Shown: positions 11,885 through 23,934, counted from the stretch's first letter. The stretch is DNA of 50,962 nucleotides from Octopus bimaculoides (GCF_001194135.2 NC_069009.1:3833572-3884533), one strand, 5' to 3'. A program made the numbers and translations. Notes: generated by a model not told the origin, from the sequence alone.

Positions 11885-13690
11885 CTGTAACAGTCGGGGG
11901 CAAATGAGAGAGAAATTAGCTAAAAGGTTAAACAAGAAAATATAGATCCTCTTCTATCTTTAAGAGACGAAGAATTATGTACATTATTTACATTTGACGG
12001 ATATTTGTCCTCATATAGGTGAATAGCTATAGGATTAGACATAGGTGTGGTTAAGAAGCTCACTTCACAAATATGCAGTCCTGAGTTCAATCTCACTGCA
12101 CAGCATATTAGACAAGTGTCTTTTATTATAGTCATGTAAATGGATTCGATAGAGAAATACTGAAGAAAAGTCCATCATGTGTGTGTATGCATATATAAAT
12201 GTATATATATATATATTATACATGTATATAATATCTTATCTTTTACTTGTTTCCGTCATTAGACTATGGTCATGCAGGGGCACTGCCTTGAAGAATTTTA
12301 GTCAAACAAATCGACCCCAGTACTTGTTCCGAAACACCCCCCGAGTGGGGAACGGTCCTCAAAAGTAACCTCCAATTGTTTTCCCCCCAAATTCCTATGT
12401 TCTCGGAATCTACATAGTCCGAGGTATATTTGTAGAAAATTTCATTAAAAAATATCTATTTTCTTGAAAGCTAAGACGAATTGAAGTGGACGCCGGTGAA
12501 TTTTCCGAAACCCCCCACCCACTTCTAAAACACTTCCCCCCAAAAGTTTTTTATATTCGGAATCTACATGATATAACACATATTCGTAGAAAATTTCATT
12601 AAAAAGTATCCATTTTTCTGAAAGTTATGATCGTCCATATTGGGGGGGAGGGGGCAAGAATCTGTAGTTATGTCACAAATTGTTTTCTGGGACCCTTGAA
12701 ATATTATTGAGGATCTCCAATTTACTGTTTTGTTGCGTGAACCCTGAAAAATTTCATATGGATCCCGGTTGAGAACCACTGTGCTAAAAGCGTAAAGTGA
12801 AACAAAACCCTGCACAGAGATGACACGCAAATTCGTGAAGCGTTCTCCCCGTAACTTAGCGATTCGGCAAAATAAACCGAGAGAATAAACACCAGGTTTA
12901 AATAAAATAAGCACTATGGTCGATTCATTCGACTAAACTGTCTTCAAGGCCTCGCCCCAGCATGGCCCCAGACTGAAGTAACTACAGGAAAAAATAAAAG
13001 ACAATATCTAAACTTTTCAGTGAAATTCATGTTGAAGATGGTGTGCCTGCCTGTATTTGGAGCACTCAGCCAACATCAACATTACCACAACAAATAACAC
13101 AACCACCAGCAGCACACCTTCATACAATAACCAGCTGATGATATCAAGCAAATAAGGATTTCGGGACATCCACTAATTTTGATAACAATATTCACTTTAC
13201 ATGTGCTTTCGTTTATTAAATAAAAAACTGCGTGTAGGGGTGTGTGTGTGTGTGTGTTATATATATATAGGCGGAATTCTACTTTCGACACACCATAAAT
13301 TTTGTATTTTGTGGCATTTTCAGTGAACTTTTCCATATTTCTGTTCTACACAAGGGAATTCATACGACGGCGAAATTGTGCTTTAAGCACGCCCTATAAC
13401 CCCTCATCACGCTTGTATTTTATTTATTTATTTATTTTTTTGGTATTTTCAGAAAGCTTTCGCACATTTATGTCCTGCTGGCGTAAATTCATACAATTAT
13501 CAAAGAAAAAAAACTTTTTTTTTCCTTAATTTTTCGAAAATTCACTGAAATTTCCAAACAATAAAAAAGTTACGAGGGGTTATATGGCGTGCTAAAGGCA
13601 GAATTTCGGCTATATGTATATATTTATATACAGTGGTTTATAAATGTATATATTCATATATAGTGGTTTATTATAAATGTATATGCTTAC

Positions 13691-13769
13691 TGTCTCCAAA
13701 GTCATCGTCAACGTCGTTAAACGTAGGATTAGGTTTAGCGAGAGAATCTAGAAGTTCGCTTAACGCCAT
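13691..13769 (-). CDS. AATF: AATF/Che-1 (BFR2 homolog) coding exon 1
   Basis: ATG in aaacagcATGG context; reads MALSELLDSLAKPNPTFNDVDDDFGD, like the AATF N-terminus (L..LLNPRP...D.E); phase-1 donor A|gtaagc. Confidence 0.88.
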
Positions 13770-13789
13770 GCTGTTTCCAGCAGAAACAA

Positions 13790-13950
13790 CAAGGATATTA
13801 TCGTCTTCTAAATGAGGAGAGCGGAAATGTCAAGTAAAATGGAGTTATCTCGCTTGAAAAACAAGTACGCGCGCGGACTCTCATACACATGTTATACGTA
13901 GTAAGATCATTTGCGCGCGTGCGTGTGTACGTGCTTACACGCGTGCATAC
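13790..13950 (-). promoter_or_regulatory. Putative AATF promoter/5'UTR, CpG-rich patch
   Basis: Local CpG enrichment (gcgcgcgg, ttgcgcgcgtgcg, cacgcgtgc) and a gcggaaat ETS-like site just upstream of the ATG in otherwise AT-rich DNA. Confidence 0.5.
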
Positions 13951-14508
13951 ATACAGACGAACATCTTTACTCTTTTACATGTTTCAGTCATTTGACTGTG
14001 GCCATGCTGGAGCACCGCCTTTTAGTGGAGCCGATCGACCCCAGGACTTATTCTTTGGAAGCCTAGTACTTATACTATCCGTTTCTTTTNNNNNNNNNNC
14101 TCACAAGGCTTTGGTTGGCCCGAGGCTATAGTAGAAGACACTTGTCCAAGGTGCCATGCAGTGGGACTGAACCCGGAACCATGTGGTTGGTAAGCAAGCT
14201 ACTTACCACACAGCCACTCCTATGCGTGTGTGTGTATTTTACTAGTCAGTAGACAGCTGACATGACTTCAATCATCCTGGCAGCTACCGAGCATGTTCTG
14301 CAAATTACGGTTCTCCCACTCCCCTCCTTTAACCTCTTGGACACACACACACACCTTCCCCTTCAATCACTTTCCTGAACTTGTTCACATCCTCGTCGCC
14401 CCTGCACAACTCTTTGCCTTCATCACCTTGCCAATTCTCCTCAAATACTCCACCACTTCTTCTTCAGACAACACAAAGTCCGAAAAAGAAGAATTCAACC
14501 CTCCATTT

Positions 14509-14880
14509 GTTGTTGTTGTTGGCACTCCATCGCTTACGACGTCGAGGGTTCCAGTTGATCTGATCAACGGAACAGCCTGCTCGTGAAATTAATGTGCAAG
14601 TGGCTGAGCATTCCACAGACACGTTTACCCTTAACGTAGTTCTCGGGGGATATTCAGCGTGACACAGTGTGACAAGGCTGACCCTTTGAATTACAGGCAC
14701 AACAGAAACAGGAAGAAAGAGCGAGAGAAAGTTGTGTTTACAGCAGGGTTTGCCACCATCCCCTGCCGGAGCCTTGTGGAGCTTTAGGTGTTTTCGCTCA
14801 ATAAACACTCACAACAGCTGGGGTCTGGGAATCGAAACCGCGAGTCCACTGCCCTAACCACTGGGCCATTGCGCCTCCAT
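14509..14880 (-). mobile_element. SINE family A
   Basis: High similarity to 7990-8376. Confidence 0.85.
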
Positions 14881-15544
14881 TAAACAAGAGGGAAAACATC
14901 ACACTGCCAAGACAACCAAAAAACACGTGTGTTGTCAATTTGTAATATGGTGTCAAAATTTTCGTCCCAAACTGCAAAAATGCAGTTTTTGTATACTCCT
15001 GCATGTACATGCAAGTGAGTGTGTGTGTATTTGCCTCCAGTGCTAAAAAGTACAGTCACCAAAACAAGCTGAATGTCTACTCTGCTGTGTTAAATCTTCT
15101 GCATCCAATTGTTTCATGCCGACCATTCAACTACTATAGTTCAGTAGCCCTCTTTCCACAAATTTGCTAGCCTTGTGTCAAAATTAATAACAAAAGGCAC
15201 AGGTGTGGCTGAGTAGTAAGAAGCTTGCTTGCCTACCCCATAGTCTTGGGTTCAGTCTCACTGTGTGGCACCTGAGACAAGTGTCTTCTACTATAGTCTC
15301 ATGCCAACTAAAGCTTTGTGAGTGGATTTGATAGATGGAAACTGAAAGAAGCCCATTATACATATATATATATATATACATACACACACATACATCTAAA
15401 TCTCTCTTTACCTGTTCCAGTTGCTCACTCGACTGTCGCCAGAGGCTAAAGAAAAAGACACTTGCCCATGTTGCCATGCAGTGGGATTGAACTTGGAACC
15501 ATGTGGTTTGGAAGTAAACATTTTCTCACACAGGCATGCTCATT

Positions 15545-15880
15545 ATCATCATTATTTAACGTCCGTTGACCATGCTGGCATGGGTTGGACAGTTTGACTG
15601 GGTTGGCACGCTGAAAGGCCGAGCCAGGAATCCAGTCCGATTTGGCATGGTTTTCTACAGCTGGATGCCCTTCCAAATGCCAACCACTCCGAGGATGCTT
15701 TTACATGCCACCAGCATTGATGCCATTTGCACGACACAGGTATCTGTCACAATTGCGAATTTGGTCGGCTTGATGGGTCTTCTTCTCAAGCATGACGTAT
15801 TGCCAAATATCTTGACCATTGCCTCTGTGAGGCCCAGCACTCAAAAGAAACTCAGCCACTTTGCCTCCATGAGGCTCATT
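15545..15880 (-). mobile_element. RTE 3' end, diverged
   Basis: GLTEAM...DIWQYVMLEKKTHQA remnant plus shared UTR motif. Confidence 0.6.
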
Positions 15881-15922
15881 AATTAAAAAAAACACCAAGT
15901 TATCTCTTCTGTTTGTAATTTC

Positions 15923-15928
15923 TTTATT
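15923..15928 (-). terminator. Candidate MRPS21 polyadenylation signal (AATAAA)
   Basis: Canonical hexamer on the minus strand ~630 nt after the stop, followed by a U-rich stretch. Confidence 0.4.
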
Positions 15929-16560
15929 TGTTTTTTTTGTTGTTGTTGTTTTTGTTTGAAATGACTTGAAACTAAATAATAATAATAATAATAATAATAA
16001 TCCAGATGATCTAAGAAAAACGGTAAAATGCTAACTGTGAATCAATCAGTCCAGAAATATGGTAGAGACAATAAGGGAAAAGACTCAACTTGCTAGAAAC
16101 AGCAGCCAGATGTCCTTCAAATCACATCCTTCTATTTAAAGTCAGTATTGAACTGTATAGTTACTGGTATCAAAATTCAAGAAAAAATGGGATGGTCGCG
16201 GCTGGAAGCCCCTGAACTGCCTTCTTGTCTGGTCAAGGCTAGCCTAGGACTAAACAACAACACACTCATCTATACAGTCATGGGACATCCCCAAAAGATA
16301 GACAGGATGGTCGGCGATGGAACCTCCTGGACTACTTCTGATCATAAGTTCTGTTGGGTTTAAGGCAGACCTGGGGCTAAACATAAATAGATGGGATGGT
16401 CATTGATGGAACCTCCTGGACCATTCTTGATTGTAAGTTCTGTTGAGTTCAGGGCTGACTTTGGAGCTAAAAAAACAACAAACACATAGACACACAAAAG
16501 TCCAACTTCTCTGCCTGTAGGGGTAGGGCTCCCCAGGCTCACACAGGAGTATATTCTTGT

Positions 16561-16738
16561 TTATCGAAGCCAAGGGTCAGGTCGGTTCTTTCTCATTAGG
16601 AACTCTATCTTCTGGTTCATACTGTTGTCGTAGATTCTCTTACACCTCTCATAGCTAATTCGGCGCCTCTTTTGAAATGGTTTCTCATAGTACATTCGTT
16701 GGCGATGCAGTTCTAAGACTTTGTCGACTCGCAGGATT
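16561..16738 (-). CDS. MRPS21: MRPS21 coding exon 2
   Basis: Polypyrimidine tract and ctag| acceptor; ILRVDKVLELHRQRMYYEKPFQKRRRISYERCKRIYDNSMNQKIEFLMRKNRPDPWLR* matches the MRPS21 C-terminus; 87 aa in total. Confidence 0.95.
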
Positions 16739-16930
16739 CTAGGGGAGAAAGAGAGAGAGAAAACAGAAAAACAATAGTGAGAGATTTATCTTTGTTTCCT
16801 GTGATTAAAGGAGAGAGAGAGAGAGTGTTGTTTTGCCCTATGAAAGTCTTCATATAATAGGGCCTTAACAACACATACAGAGACTATACAACAACTATAG
16901 CCACTTATTATACCAACTATTATACTATAC

Positions 16931-17270
16931 GTGGAGGCGCAATGGCCCGGTTGTTAGGGCAGCAGACTCGCGGTCATAGGATCGTGGTTTCGATTCCCAG
17001 ACCGAGCGTTGTGAGTGTTTATTGAGCGAAGACTCCTACAGCTCCACGAGGCTCCGGCAGGGGATGGTGGCGAATCCTGTTGTACTCTTTCACCACAACT
17101 TTCTCTCACTCTTACTTCCTGTTTCTGTTGTGCCTGTAATTCAAAGGGTCAGCCTTGTCACACTGAATATCCCCGAGAGCTGTGTGAGTGCTCAGCCACT
17201 TGCACGTTTATTTCACAAGCAGGCTGTTCCATTGATCGGATCAACTGGAACCCTCGACGTCATGCCAACA
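16931..17270 (+). mobile_element. SINE family A
   Basis: High similarity to 7990-8376; imperfect TSD tt(a/g)tactatac. Confidence 0.85.
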
Positions 17271-17690
17271 TTGTACTATACATTAGCTAATGTTGTCCTA
17301 GATACACCATGTCTGAATAGAAGATGGAATGCTCACAGCTGGAACGTTTTTGATCATAGGTCTGCTGGATCAGGACTGACCTGGGGCTAAACAACTATAG
17401 CCGCTAACTACTACACTATACATCAGATACTGTAGTCCTAGATACACTATGTTCAAATAAAAGATGGGATGGGATGGTCATAACTGGAACTTCTTCAATC
17501 AGTCAGTTGGGTCAGGGCTGACCTGGGGTTTAACAGCAACAACTACAACCACTAATACTAACTACTATACATTATATAATGTAGTCCTAGATACACTATG
17601 CCTGAATAAAAGGTGGGATTGTCACAGCTGGAACATCTTTGACCATAGGTTAGAAGGACCAGGGCTGACATGGGATTAAAAAGCAATAAC
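17271..17690 (-). repeat. Family D array, reverse orientation
   Basis: gtcctagatacac at 17295, 17435, 17584. Confidence 0.85.
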
Positions 17691-18363
17691 TATAGGTACT
17701 AGGACCTCGCGGAGGTGAAGTGGCTGAGTTCTTTTGAGTGTTGGATTTCATGGAGGCAGAGTGGTCAAGCACCTNNNNNNNNNNNNNNNNNNNNNNNNNN
17801 NNNNNNNNNNNNNNNNNNNNNNNNNNNNNNNNNNNNNNNNNNNNNNNNNNNNNNNNNNNNNNNNNNNNNNNNNNNNNNNNNNNNNNNNNNNNNNNNNNNN
17901 NNNNNNNNNNNNNNNNNNNNNNNNNATATATATATATATATATATACAGTCTGTTAAAGTCTGTCATACCGGCCATGATGAAATACCACAAGGTATAGAA
18001 AATACGTATTCGCCTTCATATATTTAATCCTTTATATTGAACACTCAATATTTCATCTATTCAATAAGACATATTCCATGTATTCAATACTTTATTTCAT
18101 TGTACCATCCATTTTTATGTTATATTGTATATTGTATATTATATTATATATTGTATATTCCATATCCCACATTGGTTTTGCAGGAATATAAATAAAACAT
18201 AAAAAACAGACAGTGTTGGAACTCTTTTAAACAAAATAATATATTCCTCTATACACAATNNNNNNNNNNNNNNNNNNNNNNNNNNNNNNNNNNNNNNNNN
18301 NNNNNNNNNNNNNNNNNNNNNNNNCAATCATACAAAACCCCTTTTTTTGTATTTATTTTTACT

Positions 18364-18411
<48 letters not shown>

Positions 18412-18693
18412 ATAATAGGCAGAAGTTACAGAGTGACAATGGCTAAATTCGTGTTTGATAAGTGTCAATGCACAAAACTCTCAGCTTTTGACTTACTCTC
18501 TAACTTCTGCCGATGATTTATATACATACATATATGTGTAGAAAAATCTCATCATGCAATCGAACCAATGAAAGAGCCTCTACCTGGTCGCTTAACATGC
18601 TGAAAATAGCATGTATCCTCCACTATAGCCCTGGACCAACCAAATCTTCTAAGTGGATTTGGTAGATGGAAACTGAAAGAAGCCCGTCTTTTA

Positions 18694-18910
18694 GGTACTA
18701 CTAAAGCAGCACGGTCCCGAGCGCGCGGTCGCGCTAGCTAGTCGTGAGTGGTCGATCCTAGCCCTGACCCTGTCGCTGACCCTAACCCGCGTGTGCAAAT
18801 GAATACGTGTTTAGGATTAGGGTTGGGGTTGGGGTTGGGATCGACCACTCACGACTGGCTGGCGCGGACACGCGACTGCGCGTTCGGGACAGTGCTGCTT
18901 TAGTAGTACC
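18694..18910. mobile_element. MULE-type MITE with long TIRs and telomere-like internal repeats
   Basis: TIRs ggtactactaaagcagcac.../...gtgctgctttagtagtacc; perfect 9-bp TSD cgtctttta (18685-18693, 18911-18919); inserted in a CORE-SINE fragment. Confidence 0.8.
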
Positions 18911-18944
18911 CGTCTTTTATATATATATATATACATATCATAAG

Positions 18945-19290
18945 GGCAGGCGTGGCTGTGTGGTAAGAAGCTTACTTCCCAATCACATGGTTCCGGGTTC
19001 AATCCCACTGAGTAGCACCTTGGGCAAGTGTCTTCTACTACAGCCTCGGACCGATCAAAGTCTTGAGTGGATTTGGTAGACGGAAACTGAAAGAAGCCCG
19101 TCGTTTATAGATATGATGTTTGTGTGTGTGCGTCTGAGTTCCTTTACTACCGCTGTTATTTTGTTTGTGCCTCCGTAAACTTAATGGCAAAAATGCCCAA
19201 TACTATAAGCACTGGGGTCGATTTGCTCGACTAAAACCCTACAGGGCAGTGGCCCAGCCGGCCCTAGTTGAATAACCTAAACAAGTAAAA
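18945..19290 (+). mobile_element. SINE family C, near full length
   Basis: Same head, CORE-like domain and tail as 39490-39898. Confidence 0.75.
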
Positions 19291-19552
19291 GACACAAGAG
19301 GGTTTTTTGGGGTTCCTATGATTTAGATGTCGGAGATTACGAATATGCAAAAAAAAATTGTTTTTTTATAAATAGATTCTTCTAGCAGAGTATATACAAA
19401 ACAAAGTTGCATTTCGTGGTCTCCGAGTCAGTTTTTATAATTACTGTCGCTAAGTTTTTTTCATTCCGATTGAACAGCACGTTTTGTTTTTATGAATTTT
19501 GAATTAATCAGAAATAACATGTATTTTTTTCCGTGCCAATTATATAACATAC

Positions 19553-19638
19553 CTGTCCAGTGTTCGGTAAGCAGCTTCGAGTTGGTTGTCCTTGACAAGG
19601 ACCGTTCTTGCTATGAACCTCATGTGGTTGGCAGACAT
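19553..19638 (-). CDS. MRPS21: Mitochondrial ribosomal protein S21, coding exon 1
   Basis: MSANHMRFIARTVLVKDNQLEAAYRTLD(R) matches MRPS21 [28 protein letters not shown]; phase-2 donor AG|gtatgt; acceptor aaacag| at 19645, 6 nt before the ATG. Confidence 0.95.
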
Positions 19639-19951
19639 GATGGTCTGTTTAATGAAGGAGGGAGAGGAAGAGGAGGAACTACAAGTGTGATGGGAGAGGG
19701 AAAGAAATTGAGTGAGTGAGGGGGAGAGATAGACTGACTGAGTAAGGCGGAGTTGGGCTGAGTGAGAATATTCAGTGAACGACGGGGAGGAATGGTAGAG
19801 GGAGTAACAGAATGTAAGAGCGAGAGGGAGGTTTAGTAAATGCGGAGGAAGAGGAGAAACAGGTAAAGAGGGGGAAAAAGAGAAACAGATTAAGAATAGA
19901 GAAGGCGAAGCAAGAGAAAAAGAGAGAGAGAGATAGAAAGATTAAGAGGAA

Positions 19952-20645
19952 GAAGAGTGGAGGGTAGAGGATTTACGAATGTGAATGAGTCAAAGAAAAG
20001 AGATACATAGAATATAAAGGAGTAGGAGGAAGGGAGACAGAAAATAACAAGGAGTAGGAGGTAGAAGAGTGGAGGGTAGAGGATTTACGATTGTGAATGA
20101 GTCAAAGAAAAGAGATATATAGAATATAAAGGAGTAGGAGGGAGAGAGAGACAGAAAATAACAAGGAGTAGGAGGAAGAGTGGAGGGTAGAGGATTTACG
20201 AATGTGAATGAGTCAAAGAAAAGAGATACATAGAATATAAAGGAGTAGGAGGAAGGGAGACAGAAAATAACAAGGAGTAGGAGGTAGAAGAGTGGAGGGT
20301 AGAGGATTTACGATTGTGAATGAGTCAAAGAAAAGAGATATATAGAATATAAAGNNNNNNNNNNNNNNNNNNNNNNNNNNNNNNNNNNNNNNNNNNNNNN
20401 NNNNNNNNNNNNNNNNNNNNNNNNNNNNNNNNNNNNNNNNNNNNNNNNNNNNNNNNNNNNNNNNNNNNNNNNNNNNNNNNNNNNNNNNNNNNNNNNNNNN
20501 NNNNNNNNNNNNNNNNNNNNNNNNNNNNNNNNNNNNNNNNNNNNNNNNNNNNNNNNNNNNNNNNNNNNNNNNNNNNNNNNNNNNNNNNNNNNNNNNNNNN
20601 NNNNNNNNNNNNNNNNNNNNNNNAAAAATAACAAGGAGTAGGAGG
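19952..20645 (+). repeat. Purine-rich 111/112-bp minisatellite with dimeric (223-bp) higher-order structure
   Basis: Unit starts at 19952, 20064, 20175, 20287; array continues through gap 20355-20623. Confidence 0.9.
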
Positions 20646-20683
20646 ACAACTATAGAGATTTTTTTTTAAAGCCCGGAACTAAC

Positions 20684-20779
20684 TTTTATTTCAAACGTGA
20701 TTTCCGCTTCCTGTTAAATAAACCAACGCGCGGCCTGAACAACAGACTACCCTCTTCAGGGATCGAACTCGAAAACAAC
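20684..20779. promoter_or_regulatory. Putative bidirectional promoter and non-coding first exons of MRPS21 (-) and NUP62 (+)
   Basis: Outward-facing donors: minus-strand |gttagt at 20683 and plus-strand |gtaagt at 20780; tandem ETS-like cores atttccgcttcctg and CpG cluster cgcgcggcc between them; both genes have an acceptor just before their ATG. Confidence 0.65.
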
Positions 20780-21626
20780 GTAAGTATCCATAATGTGCGT
20801 GTATATATATATATAAGTTATATATATATAAGTAGATCGACAGAAAAAGAGGGGTTAGATTCAGTAAGGGTTAATGAACCTATTTACGGAATGTTGAAGT
20901 CCATTTAACAAAACGTTTTGTAATTGTGTTCACACTTAACTGACTTCTGTTTCCTCACAACTTTCAGAAATATTGGTATTTTTAAATGAAATTATTTAGA
21001 ATTACCTTTCAGGTGATGTCGATTACGATTGTATCGGAATTTAATGTGAAAACAAAAGGCATGCATGTCCATGCCTGCCCCTATCCCCCACTCGATTTTG
21101 TTTCCTCATAACGTACAGAAAGATGGATATATTTTTTAATGAAATTTTTTACAAATACACTTCAGATGGTGTAGATTCTGATTATATCTGAATCTGTGGT
21201 GAAAAAAACCATCTCGAGGGTTGGGTGAGGAGTTTCGGAAAATAAACACGAGACAGCTTTCTTTACTCATAAGCGAGAAAAATCAGTTATTTTTTAAATG
21301 AAATTTTCTATTTGGCGAGCTCGTACACGTACATACGGATACACTTCAAATATATCGAGAAAATGAAACTTGAAATTTCGGGAAAAGTGGTGATGTGTGT
21401 CAATATGTACTTGTGTGTGTGCGCTTACGATTTTTCATTTCACATCAAATTCTGATATAATTGTAATTAGTATTAGGTTTTTTGTTTTGCATATCCTCAC
21501 CTACGATAGGGTGCTGAAAAATTCCTGGCTCTGAGTAAAAAAAAAAAAAACATACAGGAGGATTTTATTCAACATATTCCCATCTCAGATTCACCCATTT
21601 ATTGCAGCAGTTCTTCAGTTAGTCTT

Positions 21627-21785
21627 GAGTGGTCGATCCTAACCCTAACCCTATCCCTAACCCTGACCCTAACCCTAACCCGCGTGTGCAAATGAATACG
21701 TGTTTAGGGTTAGGATCGGCCACTCCCGACTAGCTAGCTCGGACGCGCGACTGCGCGTTCGGGTCCGCGCTGCTTTAGTAGTACC
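21627..21785. mobile_element. Truncated second copy of the same MITE
   Basis: Shares the ccctaacc repeats, cgcgtgtgcaaatgaatacgtgt core and right TIR ending gctttagtagtacc. Confidence 0.75.
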
Positions 21786-21989
21786 AGCTTTCACCATGCT
21801 GGTTGGTTTTTCGCTTTAGTTTGTCATTTGTTTGTATCAATTTCTTTCACCTTTATATTCCTCTTTGTAGTATCTTTGAATATCAGTCTCGGTCTCTCAT
21901 GTTTTTTTTTTACCCTTGTGTAGTTGAGAATAAACTGTTGTCAGGAGAGATGGTTGTTGTCTATCCTATGTACATGTCACGGCTGATAC

Positions 21990-22683
21990 CAGCGCTGGTG
22001 GCACACAATAAGCACCATTCATGCGTAGGTCACTGCCAGAGCCGCCTGACTGGCTCCCTGTGCTGGTGGCACGTAAAAAGCACCCACTGCATTCTTGGAG
22101 TGGTTGGTGTTAGGAAGGGCATCCATCTGTAGAAACATTGCCAGATCGGATTGGAGCCTGTTGCAGTCTCCTGGCTTGCCAGTCCCCAGTCAAAACGTTC
22201 AACCCATGCCAGCATGGAAAACGGATGTTAAACAATGATGATGAGGAGGATTTGTATTGTAGGCAGCAGAGACCACCATACATACTTATGTTATCTGCAG
22301 TCAGTTGTCATTTTGTCATGACTTGGAAAACCTGCTGCATACTGGTCTGTTTTTCACTTGAGTTTGCCATTTATTATGGTCGATTCAAGCGAGATCGTTG
22401 CCAGTGCCCCTGGGCTGGCTCTTGTGCAGGTGGCACATAAAATACACCATCTTGAGCGTGGCCGTTGCCAGTACCGCCTGACTGGCCTTCGTGTGGGTGA
22501 CACGTAAAAGCACCAACTACACTCTCTGAGTGGTTGGCGTTAGGAAGGGCATCCAGCCGTAGAAACTCTGCCAGATCAGATTGGAGCCTGGTATAGCCAT
22601 CTGGTTTCACCAGTCCTCAGTCAAATCGTCCAACCCATGCTAGCATGGAAAGCGGACGTTAAATGACGACGATGATGATGATG
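21990..22683 (+). mobile_element. Two RTE 3'UTR copies
   Basis: Each ends ...ggacgttaaa(c/t)ga(c/t)gatgatg-like tails, near 22240 and 22680. Confidence 0.65.
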
Positions 22684-22790
22684 AATTCCTTGCCTTTTCA
22701 TATTCCTTTCAACAGTATCTTTAAATCTTTGAAATCCCTGATATAGTATGTTATACAACATTCAAAATCTATCTTTTTTTTCCTTTCAGA

Positions 22791-22851
22791 ATGCTTGGCA
22801 CCGGTTCAAATTTGTTTGGCAGTGGCCCGACTGCAGCATCTCCTTCCTCAG
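22791..22851 (+). CDS. NUP62: NUP62 first coding exon
   Basis: tttcag|aATG; MLGTGSNLFGSGPTAASPSS(G); phase-1 donor G|gtagt. Confidence 0.75.
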
Positions 22852-23447
22852 GTAGTAATTTTACCTTCTCCTTATTTTTAGCACAAGTTTTGAAGTGTGC
22901 AGTTCTATTTTAACAGTTATTTTTTCAAAGCTACAATGGAAATGACAAAGGAGCATATTCGGCATATTTTGCTTTATGAGTTCAATAGAGCAAACAACGC
23001 AATGAAAAGTCCGTCTCTTGTCTCACTTCTTGTGATTGATTTAATAACCTTAATTTATTGTTTAATCTTCTTGCGTCCAGTTCGTTCTGAGTGAGACTGG
23101 CTGTTCTTCACCTTGGTCTCTCTCTCTGGTTAACTGTCACCTTCTGTCTGATTCATTCTCCATACCTGTTTTTATAGCAAGTTGATGCAGGTAATTTATC
23201 CCTTCCCCCTCCGACTTTTAGTTTATGCAGTTGTAAAAACTGCATTATTTATGGGATGACCCAATATATGGACATTATAAAAATAAATTGGCACTGGGAT
23301 CAATTCTCTTGACGAAAAAATTCTTCAAAGTGGTGCCCTAGCATGGCTGCAGTCTACTGACTGAAACAAGTGACAGATAAAAGGTAAAAGTTACATATGT
23401 TGTTTCTCTCACACAATCTTATATCTTAGATTTGTTTCCTCTTTCAG

Positions 23448-23576
23448 GAGCACCCACATTTGGCAGTGGGTTAACAACAGACAATAAACCAGCTGCAGGT
23501 TTTACATTTGGGTCTGCACCATCTGGGCCCAGTGCTTCACTTCAAGGAGGTGCAGTACCCAGAACTTTCGTATTCA
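23448..23576 (+). CDS. NUP62: NUP62 FG-repeat exon
   Basis: tttcag| acceptor; APTFGSG...AGFTFGSAP; donor A|gtaagt at 23577 (in-frame alternative G|gtgcag at 23550). Confidence 0.8.
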
Positions 23577-23934
23577 GTAAGTATTTATTTTATCTCTGTA
23601 AAGTGCTGGTGCCACGTAAAAAGCATCCTGTCCACACCGTAAAATGGTTGTTGTTTGGAAGGGCAATCCAGTTGTAAAGACCATGCCAAAACTAACCCGC
23701 CTGGGCTTGTGCCATGTAAAAACGCACTAAGCATTTCGTCCAGCGTGCTAACATTTCGTCCAGCGTGCCACCTTAATAATAATGATAATTTCAAATTTTT
23801 GGCACAAGGCCGGCAAGCCTAGGGGAGGGCTAAGTCGATTACATTGACCCCCACCAATGCTCAACTAGTACTTGCTTATTGACCCCAAAAAGTTGAGTGT
23901 AGGCCTGTTGGGGCAAATGAAATCGAAATTGAAC

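Noticed and set aside
14385-14508. FVLSEEEVVEYLRRIGKVMKAKSCAG peptide as an exon or LINE RT remnant
   Set aside because: No supporting splice context; resemblance to the RT N-terminal region is too weak
18478-18560. C/D box snoRNA candidate (ATGATGA...CTGA, minus strand) in the MRPS21 intron
   Set aside because: No terminal stem; the interior contains AT microsatellite and the C box overlaps a repeat fragment
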